Shown piece after piece: positions 38,807 to 49,124 of a DNA stretch of 64,000 bases. Position 1 is the stretch's first letter. Every line of letters begins with the position of its first letter. This stretch comes from an uncultured delta proteobacterium (GTDB lineage: Bacteria; Desulfobacterota; RBG-13-43-22). The stretch lies in contig CAVUPH010000012.1 in NCBI GenBank assembly GCA_963743305.1, forward strand, positions 76,748-140,747, read 5' to 3'. The position numbers were made by a program, and so were the translations under genes. The notes under the pieces were generated by a model. It was not told the origin of the DNA and searched no databases. It worked only from the letters and a program-made list of their open reading frames with translations.

Positions 38807-40237
38807 ATGCACGTTACCAATAAAGACGTCATATTAGACGAACTGGTCTCTATCGTAGGAAAGGATAATGCCACGGCTGCGAAACACATCCGCTATGCCT
38901 ATTCCTACGATATGTCCTTCGTTACTCCTAAGATGCCCGACTATGTGGTCATGGCCACCACGGTGGAACAGATCCAGGCCGTCCTGAAAATGGCCAACCG
39001 GGAGAAGATCCCGGTGGTGCCCTACACGGCCGGAACCAACATCGGGGGTCTGACCATCCCGGAACGGGGCGGAATCATCCTGGATCTGAAACGGATGAAT
39101 AAGATCCTGAAAATCGACGTCGAATCCCATTATGCCGTGATAGAACCGGGGGTTTCCCATGGCCAATTGGCCAGCGCCCTCTATAAACATAACCTGCGCT
39201 TCGGCTGGCCGGTGGGTCCCCCCTCCGCCTCCGTATCCTCCTGCGCCATTTCCCACGGGATCGGGGGTTTAAACGCCCGCTACGGCTTGAACAGCCAGGA
39301 GATCACCAGTATGGAAGTAGTCCTGCCCACCGGCGAACTGGTGCGGGTGGGCTCCTGCGCCATTAACGCCGAGGCCTGGCATAGTGTGCTGCCCATGCCC
39401 CAACTGGACGGCTTGTTCAAAGGCTGGCTGGGAAGCACCGGCGTGGTCACCAAACTGGGAATCACCGTTCATCCCATTCCGCCGGTTTTGAAAGTCTTCA
39501 CCGTCTCCTGCGAGAACGTGGAAGACATGGTCTCCTACATGATGAATCTAAGCACCTATGAGATCTGTGACGACCTGACGGCTGTCTCCTGGTGGCTGGC
39601 CCAGGTGCCCATCCCTTATCCCCTCAAACCCAAACCCGATTCCGCCCCGGAATGGTTCAGTTTCGCCAATACCAATTCCTTTACCCAGAAGGAAAAGGAA
39701 GCCCGGGTGGAAATCTGGGAGACGGTGGTCGAGGAGGAGAAGAAGAAAGGGACCTCCCTCCAGGTAACCCAATACCCGGAAGAGGCCCTGCGGGCCCGGA
39801 CCCAACTGCCCAGCCAGATCGTGGGCTCCACCAAGAACTACTGCAAGCAGGGCGGCGCGGGCATTTCCTGGCCGGGCACCTTTACCCCGGCCAATAAATG
39901 GGCCCCGGTGTATAACGACTGGAAAAAAATCCTCATGGAGCACAACCTGTCCCCCTCGGTGCGCATGAGCATGTACCGGGGGGTCCACTACGGCATGCTC
40001 CGGGCCATGATTCCCTTCAATAAGAAAAGCCCCCAGGAAACGGAAAACGCCCGGCAGGCCATTGTCGAGTGTCTCAAGGTCGATCTGGATCACGGCGGCA
40101 TGCCCTACAAGCCCCCGGTGGACTTTGCCCGGGAGATCAACCAGCGGGCACATCCGGGGTACCTTTCCCTGCTTAGACAGGTAAAAAAGCTCCTGGATCC
40201 CAACGATATTATGAATCCCGGAAAGCTGGGAATATAG
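38807..40237 (+). CDS. FAD-binding oxidoreductase (GlcD/VAO superfamily)
   Basis: GTNIGG, LDLKRMN, IEPGV, EVVLPTGE, DPNDIMNPGK. Confidence 0.85.
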   Translation: MHVTNKDVILDELVSIVGKDNATAAKHIRYAYSYDMSFVTPKMPDYVVMATTVEQIQAVLKMANREKIPVVPYTAGTNIGGLTIPERGGIILDLKRMNKILKIDVESHYAVIEPGVSHGQLASALYKHNLRFGWPVGPPSASVSSCAISHGIGGLNARYGLNSQEITSMEVVLPTGELVRVGSCAINAEAWHSVLPMPQLDGLFKGWLGSTGVVTKLGITVHPIPPVLKVFTVSCENVEDMVSYMMNLSTYEICDDLTAVSWWLAQVPIPYPLKPKPDSAPEWFSFANTNSFTQKEKEARVEIWETVVEEEKKKGTSLQVTQYPEEALRARTQLPSQIVGSTKNYCKQGGAGISWPGTFTPANKWAPVYNDWKKILMEHNLSPSVRMSMYRGVHYGMLRAMIPFNKKSPQETENARQAIVECLKVDLDHGGMPYKPPVDFAREINQRAHPGYLSLLRQVKKLLDPNDIMNPGKLGI

Positions 40238-40361
40238 GTGCATCCATTTTTCTGAGAATTTGTATCTAACAATTAAACCGGACCCATCATTGCATCTCAC
40301 TATGGGTTTTTTATTTCAGCCAAAAATTTTAAAAGTTTTTGGCTAGGTATTGGAGGTTGGT

Positions 40362-41684
40362 ATGCATTGGAACATTCCTTCGCTGGAAGATCTGGAAGAC
40401 GCCATCTGGCGGTGCACGGCCTGCGGGACCTGTAAAGTAACCTACGAATACGGCCCTCCCTCCCGCTGTCGGGAAATCTGCCCTTCGGGGACGGAATTTG
40501 GCTTTGAAGGCTTTATGGCCTCCAAGGGAAAAATCGCCTTTGCCCGGGGAATCCTCAGCGGCGAACTGGAATGGGACGACGACCTGGCCGAGGCCGTTTA
40601 CCGCTGCACCCTCTGCGCCGGCTGTCAGACCCAGTGCCAGCTCGACCATAAGCCCCATATCCCGGAAATTTTTGAAGCCTTGCGACGGAAGGCCGTGGAG
40701 GCCGGCGCCGGCCCTCTGCCCCAGCAGAAGGTCATCGCCCAGTCGCTGAAGAGTTACGACAATCCCTACCAGGGCCCGCGGCGGGTCCGCTGGGACTGGA
40801 CCCGGCCCTTCAAAAAAGAAAAACGGCCCATCAAGGATATCAATAAGGAAGCGGCCCCGGTTTTGTACTTTGTGGGGTGTACCGGCGCCTACAACCTCCC
40901 GGCCCGAGTCCTGCCTCAGGCCACGGCCTCGGTCTTTCAGAAACTGGGGGTGGATTTCGGCATCCTGGGTGAAAACGAACTCTGCTGCGGCTCAACGGCC
41001 ATGCGGTTGGGAGATGCCGAGGCCTTTAAACGGGTGGCCGAAGCCAATCTGCAGACCTTTAAAACACTGCATGAAACTCGGGGGGTGGAGACGATCGTCA
41101 CCGCCTGCGCCGGCTGCTACCGGGCCATCCTCAAGGATTATTCCCTGGCCGATGAATACGAAGACCTGATGAAGGGAATTCGAGTCATCCATGTGACGCA
41201 GTTTCTCAGCGGACTGCACCAGGCCGGTCGACTGACTTTTTCCCGGCCGGTCCCCATGAAAGTCACCTACCATGACCCCTGCCACGCGGGCCGGCATTTG
41301 ACCAAATACCTGGTGGACGAAGACGGCTCCCAGCTCTGGCCCGGGGCCTATATCAACCTGAACGAAGAGGACTGCCTGTACGATATTCCCCGGGACCTTT
41401 TGAAGGCCATTCCCGGCATCGAGCTGGTCGAGATGGAACGGACCCGGGCCAATTCCTTCTGCTGCGGAGGCGGCGGCGGGGTCATGACCGGCTTTCCGGA
41501 CTGGGCCCAGCGCAATGCCGCCCTTCGCGTCCAGGAAGGGTTGGAAACCGGCGCCGAACATATGGTCTCCATCTGCCCTTTCTGCCATTTTAATTTGAAC
41601 CAGGGCGCCCAGGCCATCGGCAGCACCATGAAACTTTACGATCTGATCGAGTTGATTGACCAGGCGCTTCCCGAAAAGTCATAA
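40362..41684 (+). CDS. GlcF/HdrD-like Fe-S CCG-domain protein
   Basis: CTACGTC..CP, CTLCAGCQTQC, CCG, YHDPCH, CCGGGGG. Confidence 0.88.
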   Translation: MHWNIPSLEDLEDAIWRCTACGTCKVTYEYGPPSRCREICPSGTEFGFEGFMASKGKIAFARGILSGELEWDDDLAEAVYRCTLCAGCQTQCQLDHKPHIPEIFEALRRKAVEAGAGPLPQQKVIAQSLKSYDNPYQGPRRVRWDWTRPFKKEKRPIKDINKEAAPVLYFVGCTGAYNLPARVLPQATASVFQKLGVDFGILGENELCCGSTAMRLGDAEAFKRVAEANLQTFKTLHETRGVETIVTACAGCYRAILKDYSLADEYEDLMKGIRVIHVTQFLSGLHQAGRLTFSRPVPMKVTYHDPCHAGRHLTKYLVDEDGSQLWPGAYINLNEEDCLYDIPRDLLKAIPGIELVEMERTRANSFCCGGGGGVMTGFPDWAQRNAALRVQEGLETGAEHMVSICPFCHFNLNQGAQAIGSTMKLYDLIELIDQALPEKS

Positions 41685-41822
41685 ATCAGATGGCCATCTT
41701 CAATTTAGCTTAGCCTGAAAATCGATAGGAGGGGGTGATTTATCCTGCATTAACCGATTTTGGTAAAAAGGGCCTAGTGATTCATTCACTTAAACTTTTT
41801 TTGATGACTACGAGGAGGGGAT

Positions 41823-43139
41823 ATGGAAACCAAAAAAGGTACGCCGGCAGAACAGAATAATGAACCCCAAGGGGTCAATCGTCGTGATTTTTTAAAGACC
41901 ACCTTGGCCGGGGCGGCAGGACTCTCCCTGAGTTCCTGGGTGGTTACTCCGTTCACCTACGGAGCTGAAAAACCAATTAAAATCGGCATGATCAATGAGT
42001 TGACTGTGGGGGCCACCGAATATGGCTATTGGTTGTCCAAAACCGGCCATGCCGCCATCAAGAAACTTAATGCCGAAGGCGGCATTGCGGGACGTAAAGT
42101 TGAAATAATCGAGTACGACACCAAGTTCAACCCGGCCCAAGGGGCCCAGATGTTCAAGAAGCTGGCCCTGGAAGATAAGGCGGATTTTATCATGGGGTCT
42201 ATCCATTCCGGAATTCAACTAGCCTGTTTCCCTCTGGCCGAACAGTTCAAGATCCCCTACTTCGGCGGCGGGGCCATGGCTTCTGCTTTGACCGGAAAGG
42301 CGGCCGTTCCCTACTACATCCGTATCCACACCCATGCCCTGATGCAGGCCGTGGCCGGCTGGGAATGGGCCTTCAAAAATCTGGGTAAAAAATGGGCTTT
42401 GGTGGTGGCCGATTATGCCTGGGGCCATTCACTGGAAGAAGAGTTCGGCAAACGGGTCCAGGCGGCAGGAGGCAAGGCCCAAGGGATCCGCGCCCCCCAG
42501 ACCACCAAGGATTTCATCCCCTTCCTGCAGAAAATCGACCCGGATATCGACGTCCTGTTTACCGCCTTCCTCAATCCGGCCGCCCTGGGCGTCATGCGCC
42601 AATCCGTAGAATTGGGGCTGCATAAGCGGATGAAGCGCTTTACCGTCATCTGCTGCACCGAGGGCATCAGCCAGGAGGTGGTCGGGAAAGAATCCGCCGG
42701 GGCCTATTATGAGGAATACCATCCCCGTTATTTCAACCAGGTGCCAAAGGAACTTCAGGTCTATGAGCGGGCCTACCGCCAGGCCGTGGGGGTCACCGAC
42801 GACGGAAAAGACACCAAGGATCCCAAGATCACTTCGGCCCACTCCCACATGTGGTCCATGTGGACCTCTCCCTACATGATTAAATTGGGGGTGGAACAGA
42901 CGGGTTGGAAAGACGCCTCTAAAAACGCCGATTTTATCAAGGCCGTGGTTAAGATGAAGCTCAAGGCCGGGCCCTGGACCCCCCAGGGTGATTTAATTAT
43001 GCGGGAAGAAGATCATCAGGGCTTTCACGATCATTACATCTCGGAAGTGACGCCGGACTTGAAACTGAAGGTCCTGCTGCGCATCCCTAAAGAAAAAGTC
43101 ATGTATGAACCGCAGGTTGATTTGAGGACCAAGCTCTAA
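41823..43139 (+). CDS. Branched-chain amino acid-type ABC substrate-binding protein (Tat signal)
   Basis: NRRDFLK Tat motif; NAEGGIAGRKVE; DYAWG. Confidence 0.88.
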   Translation: METKKGTPAEQNNEPQGVNRRDFLKTTLAGAAGLSLSSWVVTPFTYGAEKPIKIGMINELTVGATEYGYWLSKTGHAAIKKLNAEGGIAGRKVEIIEYDTKFNPAQGAQMFKKLALEDKADFIMGSIHSGIQLACFPLAEQFKIPYFGGGAMASALTGKAAVPYYIRIHTHALMQAVAGWEWAFKNLGKKWALVVADYAWGHSLEEEFGKRVQAAGGKAQGIRAPQTTKDFIPFLQKIDPDIDVLFTAFLNPAALGVMRQSVELGLHKRMKRFTVICCTEGISQEVVGKESAGAYYEEYHPRYFNQVPKELQVYERAYRQAVGVTDDGKDTKDPKITSAHSHMWSMWTSPYMIKLGVEQTGWKDASKNADFIKAVVKMKLKAGPWTPQGDLIMREEDHQGFHDHYISEVTPDLKLKVLLRIPKEKVMYEPQVDLRTKL

Positions 43140-43163
43140 TCGCCGAGCCTTTAGCCTATTGTC

Positions 43164-43203
43164 GACCGGTTTCCCTTTCCCGCCCGGGGGAGAGAAACCG
43201 GTC
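43164..43203 (+). other. Intercistronic stem-loop after the binding-protein gene
   Basis: GACCGGTTTC...GAAACCGGTC. Confidence 0.5.
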
Positions 43204-43231
43204 TCAACCCGTCCCTAAGGAGTTGCCCACC

Positions 43232-44083
43232 ATGCTTTCCAATGTAGCCGTGGCGGTTATAAACGGCGTCATCTGGGGTTTGATCATGGCCCTCATCGCC
43301 CTGGGTTTGAACATGATTTTCGGCCTGCTGCACATTATCAACATGGCCCACGGAGTCCTCTACATGCTGGGGGCCGTGGTGGCCTGGTATATTATCAATC
43401 TGACCGGCAACTTCTGGATCGCCCTGATCCTGGCCCCGGTTGTAGTCGGGGTGATCGGGATGGCCATAGAGCGGGGGCTCCTCCGCACCATTGAAGACCA
43501 GCCCATCACCACCATCATCTGCACCTTCGGCATCATGCTGGCCGCCCAGCATCTGGTCTTCATGACCTTTGGGGGCACACCCCAACGGATCAATATTCCC
43601 ATTGAGGGACGATTTCAGCTTTTTCAATTGCAATATCCCCTGATGCGGGTGGTCATCGCCGCTATCTCCATCGGGGTCATGATCGCCCTTTGGTTTCTCT
43701 TAAACAAGACCAAGTACGGGCTCTGGATGCGGGCCGTAGTCCAGGACCGAGAGATGGCCGTGGGCATCGGAATTCCGGTACACCGGGTCTATATGTGGAC
43801 CTTTGTCCTGGGATCGGCCCTAGCGGCCTTCTCCGGAGTTTTGGCGGCCCCCATTGTCTATGTGGATTTCATGATGGGCCGGGAAATCCTGATCATGGCC
43901 TTCATCATCGTCATCGTGGGGGGCATGGGAAATCTGGAGGGATCGGTCCTGGCAGCAATTATTATCTCCCTGATCCAGGGGGTGGGCTCGTTATTCGTTC
44001 CACCGGCCATGGCTACCGTCTTTGCCCTGGCCTTCATGATCATTGTCCTTTTGTTTCGCCCTCAAGGGCTTTTTGGAGAATAG
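43232..44083 (+). CDS. LivH-type ABC permease
   Basis: ALGLNMIFG..INMAHG; RPQGLFG. Confidence 0.9.
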   Translation: MLSNVAVAVINGVIWGLIMALIALGLNMIFGLLHIINMAHGVLYMLGAVVAWYIINLTGNFWIALILAPVVVGVIGMAIERGLLRTIEDQPITTIICTFGIMLAAQHLVFMTFGGTPQRINIPIEGRFQLFQLQYPLMRVVIAAISIGVMIALWFLLNKTKYGLWMRAVVQDREMAVGIGIPVHRVYMWTFVLGSALAAFSGVLAAPIVYVDFMMGREILIMAFIIVIVGGMGNLEGSVLAAIIISLIQGVGSLFVPPAMATVFALAFMIIVLLFRPQGLFGE

Positions 44084-44092
44084 AGGTCGGTC

Positions 44093-45043
44093 GTGTCCGG
44101 TCATCCGCAAAAATCAACCGGGTTTATCCTGGGTTTCTCGATGGTACTCTTGGTCCTGATCGCTGTGCCTTTTTTTATGGGGCTCTTTTACCAAACCTTC
44201 CTGACCGAAGTGCTGGTTTGGGTCCTCTTTGCCGTCTCCTTTGACCTGATCTTCGGCTATACGGGCCTGCTCAGTTTCGGACAAGCCCTTTTCTTTGGTC
44301 TGGGGGCCTATTGCATCGCCATCCCCGTTTCGAAATTCGGCCTGGGACCTGCACCGGCTTTTATGCTTTCCATCGTGGTCCCCATGCTCTTTGCCTGGTT
44401 TGTGGGCTATTTTTCCGTAAAACTGTCCGGGATCCACTTTGTTATTATTACCCTGATCTTTGCCCTAATCGGCAGCACCATCGGGGAAACCTGGCCTTCC
44501 CTGACCGGCGGCGCTGACGGTCTGACCATCCCCCTCAGCCCCCTGCAAATAGGCCCTTTAAAAATCGATTTCGTCGATATCAAGACCAACTATTATCTGG
44601 TCCTCATCGTGGTGGCCCTCTGCTTCCTGTTGTTGAGACGGATGGTGCAGTCGCCCCTGGGCAAGGTCTTTATCGCCATTCGGGAAAACGAGGATCGAGC
44701 TCGACTGATTGGCTACAATGTCCAGCGCTACAAGCTGCTGGCCTTCGTAATTGCCGGCGGTCTCAGCGGCCTAGCCGGAGGGTTGTACGGAATTACCTTG
44801 AAGTACGCCTCAGCCAATTTTCTACACTGGGGGGTCTCCGGCCACGCGGTCGTCTATACCATTGTGGGAGGCATGGGGACCCTTTTCGGGCCGGTGTTGG
44901 GAACGGCTATCATCATGTCGCTGGAACATTATTTGGTAGACTACATGCAGGGCACCGACCTGGTGATCGGGATGGTCCTGGTCTTTATGGTGCTGGTCGC
45001 CCCCAAGGGTCTGGTGGGTCTCCTGCAAAGAAAAGGGAAATAA
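44093..45043 (+). CDS. LivM-type ABC permease
   Basis: GYTGLLSFGQ, TGGADG, AIRENE. Confidence 0.9.
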   Translation: MSGHPQKSTGFILGFSMVLLVLIAVPFFMGLFYQTFLTEVLVWVLFAVSFDLIFGYTGLLSFGQALFFGLGAYCIAIPVSKFGLGPAPAFMLSIVVPMLFAWFVGYFSVKLSGIHFVIITLIFALIGSTIGETWPSLTGGADGLTIPLSPLQIGPLKIDFVDIKTNYYLVLIVVALCFLLLRRMVQSPLGKVFIAIRENEDRARLIGYNVQRYKLLAFVIAGGLSGLAGGLYGITLKYASANFLHWGVSGHAVVYTIVGGMGTLFGPVLGTAIIMSLEHYLVDYMQGTDLVIGMVLVFMVLVAPKGLVGLLQRKGK

Positions 45044-45796
45044 GTGAACCCAGCAGCTCCGGAATCCATTTTGACGGTAGAGGAGGTCAGCAAGTCCTTC
45101 GGGGGTCTGCTGGCCATAAACAATGCCCATCTTTCCGTAAAGAAGGGGGAACTGCGGGCTTTGATCGGACCGAACGGGGCCGGCAAAACGACCCTGCTCA
45201 ATCTGATTACCGGCATTTACCCGGTCTCCCGAGGACAGATCTATTTCAAGAATGAAGAAATTACCCATCTGACCCCGGATCGGATTTCCCGCAAGGGGAT
45301 TTCCCGGACCATGCAGATCACCAGTCTGTTTTCCGGGTTGACGGTATTTGAAAATATCTGGGCGGCGGTCCAGTCCCGGAAGAAATTCTTCAATCCCTTT
45401 ATTCGGGCCTCTAAATGTCAGGATGTCCGGGACAAGACGCATCAGATGCTGGAACTCACCGGGCTTCAGGACAAGGCCGACCTGATCTGTTCCGAACTGG
45501 CTTACGGGGAACAGCGCATCCTGGAAATGGGCATCGCCCTGAGTACCAGCCCCGACCTGCTCCTGCTTGATGAGCCCACGGCCGGCCTGAATACCCAGGA
45601 GTCCATGGCCTTGGTCAGAAAAATGAGAACCATGCTTTCCGGCCAGACCATTGTACTGGTGGAACACGACATGGGGGTCGTAATGGAACTGGCCGACCGG
45701 ATTTCGGTGCTTCATTACGGGGAAATCTTGGCCGAAGGCGCCCCGGATGAAATCAGGAATAACGAAGAGGTAAAAAAAGTCTATTTGGGGCATTAG
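45044..45796 (+). CDS. LivG-type ABC ATPase
   Basis: GPNGAGKTT, LDEPTAG, VEHDM, YLG. Confidence 0.92.
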   Translation: MNPAAPESILTVEEVSKSFGGLLAINNAHLSVKKGELRALIGPNGAGKTTLLNLITGIYPVSRGQIYFKNEEITHLTPDRISRKGISRTMQITSLFSGLTVFENIWAAVQSRKKFFNPFIRASKCQDVRDKTHQMLELTGLQDKADLICSELAYGEQRILEMGIALSTSPDLLLLDEPTAGLNTQESMALVRKMRTMLSGQTIVLVEHDMGVVMELADRISVLHYGEILAEGAPDEIRNNEEVKKVYLGH

Positions 45797-45797
45797 T

Positions 45798-46499
45798 ATG
45801 TTAACCATGAAAGAAGTGAACTGTTTTTACGGAAAAAGCCATGTCCTAAACGACACCTCCCTGAAGATTCGGGAAAAGGAACTGGTGGGCCTGGCCGGGC
45901 GTAACGGGGTCGGTAAGACCACCACACTGAAAGCCATTATGGGCCTGGTCCCGCCCAAAAGCGGCGAGGTCCGTTTTGACCAATGCACCCTTTCCAAATT
46001 GCCGGCTTATCAAGTCCCCCGCCAAGGCATTGCTTATGTCCCCCAGGGGCGACACCTTTTCCCCAAATTGACGGTCATGGAGAACCTTCGGATCCCTATC
46101 GTCCAGGGGACCTTCGATCCCGACGCGCTGGAAGAAGTCTTTGACTACTTCCCCCGTTTAAAGGAAAGGCTCAAACAAAAAGCCGGCACCCTTTCCGGAG
46201 GGGAACAGCAGATGTTGGCCGTCGGTCGGGCACTGATCATCAAGCCCCGATTGATTTTGTTGGATGAGCCTACGGAAGGACTCATGCCTTTGCTGGTTCA
46301 GGCCATCAGCCAGACCGTAAAAGCCATCAACGCCAAAGGAACCACAATCCTGCTAGTGGAACAGAACCTCAAAACCTTGAAAGACGTTTGTCATCGTATT
46401 TATATTATGGAAAAAGGCTCCATTGTTTATCAGGGGACCCCGGCTGACCTGGAGGCCGCCCCGGAGATCCAGGATCGTTATTTGAGTGTCAAAGTCTAG
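45798..46499 (+). CDS. LivF-type ABC ATPase
   Basis: GRNGVGKTT, LSGGEQQ, VEQN. Confidence 0.92.
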   Translation: MLTMKEVNCFYGKSHVLNDTSLKIREKELVGLAGRNGVGKTTTLKAIMGLVPPKSGEVRFDQCTLSKLPAYQVPRQGIAYVPQGRHLFPKLTVMENLRIPIVQGTFDPDALEEVFDYFPRLKERLKQKAGTLSGGEQQMLAVGRALIIKPRLILLDEPTEGLMPLLVQAISQTVKAINAKGTTILLVEQNLKTLKDVCHRIYIMEKGSIVYQGTPADLEAAPEIQDRYLSVKV

Positions 46500-47349
46500 A
46501 TTTTTACATCCGTTGTTCGAGACAATTTCTCAGAACAATGGATGTAAAAATCTACGTGGGAGTACGTTCGTTATTAAAAAATCTTCATACTGGGTCCTGG
46601 TCGGTCTGGCCCTTATTCTGGCAGGGCGCCTGGAAGCAGAGGAATTCGGGATCGTTCACTTCAAAAACCAGGAATTTCTGGTTAAGCGCGATCCCCTGAG
46701 CCGAAGTCCGGTGATTATTAGGGGGAAAGACCGGCCGATCATCACCCTGAAAGGGGCACTAACCCGTTCCCGGGTTGTTCAAAGCGGCGCCTTGGTCGCT
46801 GATCGACTAAACCCGCTGCTTCCACTCACCGCGAAGCAGATCAAATTTAAATCCGCCGAGAAGATCGACGGCCTTTGGTATGTCAGCTTCTGGCAGACCG
46901 CCGGGGGCCTTATCGTTTTTGGATCGTCGTTGGGTTATAGTGTGGACCGCAGGGGGCGTATCCTCTCCACCGGATCGGTCATTTACCCGGCCATTGAGGT
47001 CCCAACCGCCGTCAAGGTTGATCGGAAGGCGGCTTTGGAAACATCGACACGGTCCATTAAAAATTTTCAGACACTGAAATATAAACTCTTCGCCGAGAAT
47101 GTCATCATCTATCCGGATCGGAAGGCCAACCCTGTTCGGTTTTATCAGGTTTACGCCTTCAACTTTTTCCCTCCTGCGGAGGCCCTGCACCCGGCTTCAG
47201 CGGAAGCGGGTTGGGGTATTTTCGTAGATACCCAGACCGGAAAGATCGTGGATCGCCAGACTCTTTTTAAACCCTTGGGCTGTTGTGTCCCGGAGGAAGG
47301 CCCTCCCCTGGACACCCAAGAACTTTATAAATCTCAAATCGGAAAATAA
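46486..47349 (+). CDS. Exported protein resembling a stand-alone FTP/PepSY propeptide (true start probably downstream)
   Basis: Signal-like segment; YVSFWQ..GLIVFG (FTP-like); IFVDTQTGKIV (PepSY-like); no HExxH. Confidence 0.55.
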   Translation: MSKSRFLHPLFETISQNNGCKNLRGSTFVIKKSSYWVLVGLALILAGRLEAEEFGIVHFKNQEFLVKRDPLSRSPVIIRGKDRPIITLKGALTRSRVVQSGALVADRLNPLLPLTAKQIKFKSAEKIDGLWYVSFWQTAGGLIVFGSSLGYSVDRRGRILSTGSVIYPAIEVPTAVKVDRKAALETSTRSIKNFQTLKYKLFAENVIIYPDRKANPVRFYQVYAFNFFPPAEALHPASAEAGWGIFVDTQTGKIVDRQTLFKPLGCCVPEEGPPLDTQELYKSQIGK

Positions 47350-47374
47350 TTACCAGCAAGGAGGAAATTTCGCC

Positions 47375-48388
47375 ATGACTTTAAAAGAACGGGTGCTGAA
47401 CCGTCTTCAGGGAAAAGAAGTGGACAAAACCCCGGTGGGGTGTACGACAACCTACGGGGTGGTGGATTTCATGAAAAAATGCGGCTTCGAGCGACCCCAG
47501 GCCGATACCGATCCGCTGGCCATGACCGAACTGGCCATGGCCGGGCACACCTATGGCGGCTTCGAGTGGGTCAAAGCCATGGGTTGGGACATCGTGGCCT
47601 TGAGTGAGGCCCTGGGCTGCGAGTTGGGAACACCGCGGATCGACCGGCAGTATTATATCAATTCCTTCCCCTACGCGGAAGGAGTGGATCGTCTGGAATT
47701 CCCCTCCGACTTCCTCTCCCGCGGCCGCTTCCCGGCTTTTAAAGAACATCTGAAACTCCTTAAAGATCGGGTGGGCGATCGGATGGCCATTTTCGGTGAA
47801 ACCGAAGGGGCCTTTACCTCTGCCGCCAATCTGGTGGGTCCCGAACAATTTATCAAATGGGCCATCAAAAAGCCCGATCAGGTGGCCAAAACGTTGGAAG
47901 TCACCAAACAGGCGGCCGTCGCCGCCGCCAACTTTGCCTTTGATAACGGAGTTGATTTTTTCGTCTTTGCCGAACCGACTTCCGGACCGGCCCTGCTGAA
48001 TCCCCGGATCTATGAGAAGCTGGTGTTGCCCGTGGAAAAAGAGATCGTCAGCCAAATCAAAGGTCCGGTGGTGTTGCACATCTGTGCCGATACCGATCCG
48101 ATTATGGATTTCATGTGTCAGACCGGAGCGGCCGGGATCAGTATCGAGGAAAAGGCCGATTTGAAGCGGGCCGTGGAAATCGCGCATCGCTATGGAGTCA
48201 AGGTCTTCGGCAATGTGGCCACGGCCACCACCATTTTTAACGGCACTCCGGAGGAGGTTTACCGGGAAGCGATCACCGCCCTCACCCATGGGACAGACTT
48301 CCTTTGCCCGGGTTGCGGCATCGCCCCCGGCTCTCCGCTGGAAAATATCGTCCAGATGAAAAAGGCCCGGGATGATTTTTTTAAATAG
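47375..48388 (+). CDS. MtaA/CmuA (URO-D fold) corrinoid methyltransferase 1
   Basis: EALGC, LHICAD, GNV and PGCGI Zn motifs; GGAGG RBS. Confidence 0.88.
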   Translation: MTLKERVLNRLQGKEVDKTPVGCTTTYGVVDFMKKCGFERPQADTDPLAMTELAMAGHTYGGFEWVKAMGWDIVALSEALGCELGTPRIDRQYYINSFPYAEGVDRLEFPSDFLSRGRFPAFKEHLKLLKDRVGDRMAIFGETEGAFTSAANLVGPEQFIKWAIKKPDQVAKTLEVTKQAAVAAANFAFDNGVDFFVFAEPTSGPALLNPRIYEKLVLPVEKEIVSQIKGPVVLHICADTDPIMDFMCQTGAAGISIEEKADLKRAVEIAHRYGVKVFGNVATATTIFNGTPEEVYREAITALTHGTDFLCPGCGIAPGSPLENIVQMKKARDDFFK

Positions 48389-48427
48389 GGGGCCTCAAAT
48401 CATTTATCAAAAGAAGGAGGAATAGAC

Positions 48428-49109
48428 ATGGCTTCAGAAGAAAGAACCCAAGAGATCATAAAGGGACTTCAGCAGGCGGTAATTGAGTTTGACGAGGACA
48501 AGACCAGGGAATTGGCGCAGGCCTCCATCGATGAAGGGGTGGATCCTTTTCTGGCCACCATGGAAGGTCTGGCTGAAGGAATGATTCAGGTGGGCGATCT
48601 GTATAATAAAAAAGAGTACTTTGTCTCGGAACTCCTGTTGTGCGCCGACGCCCTTTATGCGGGATTGGACTTACTCAAACCGGCTATTGTGGCCTCCGGA
48701 AGAATCAGTGAGGCCAAAGGCTCCATCGTGCTTGGGAGTGGTGGAAGGCGATGTCCACGACATCGGTAAGAATTTGATCAAGATGATGTTCGATGTGGCC
48801 GGCTGGACCGTCTACGATCTGGGAAAGGATGTTCCTTTGGAAAAATTCGTCGAAGAACAACTGCGGACCGATTCGGATATCGTCGGTCTTTCGGCGTTGA
48901 TGACCACCAGCATGATCAGCATGCCGGAAATCGTCAAGAAGCTGAAAGAGAAAAATCCCAAGGTTCGGATTATGCTGGGCGGCGCTCCGATAACGCCGGA
49001 AACCGTGGAAAAGTACGGCGCCGACGGGTACGCCAAGGACGCGGGGACGGCCGTTGATGAAGCCATCAAATTGATTAAAATGTTGAGGACCGAGGAAAAG
49101 ACCAAATAG
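48428..49109 (+). CDS. Methyltransferase cognate corrinoid protein (MtaC-like), +1 frameshift near 48733
   Basis: Cap domain GLAEGM..VG..Y..EYFV.ELL, then GDVHDIGKN, SALMTT, GGAP, GADGY. Confidence 0.88.
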
Positions 49110-49124
49110 GAAGGAGCAGTCTTT

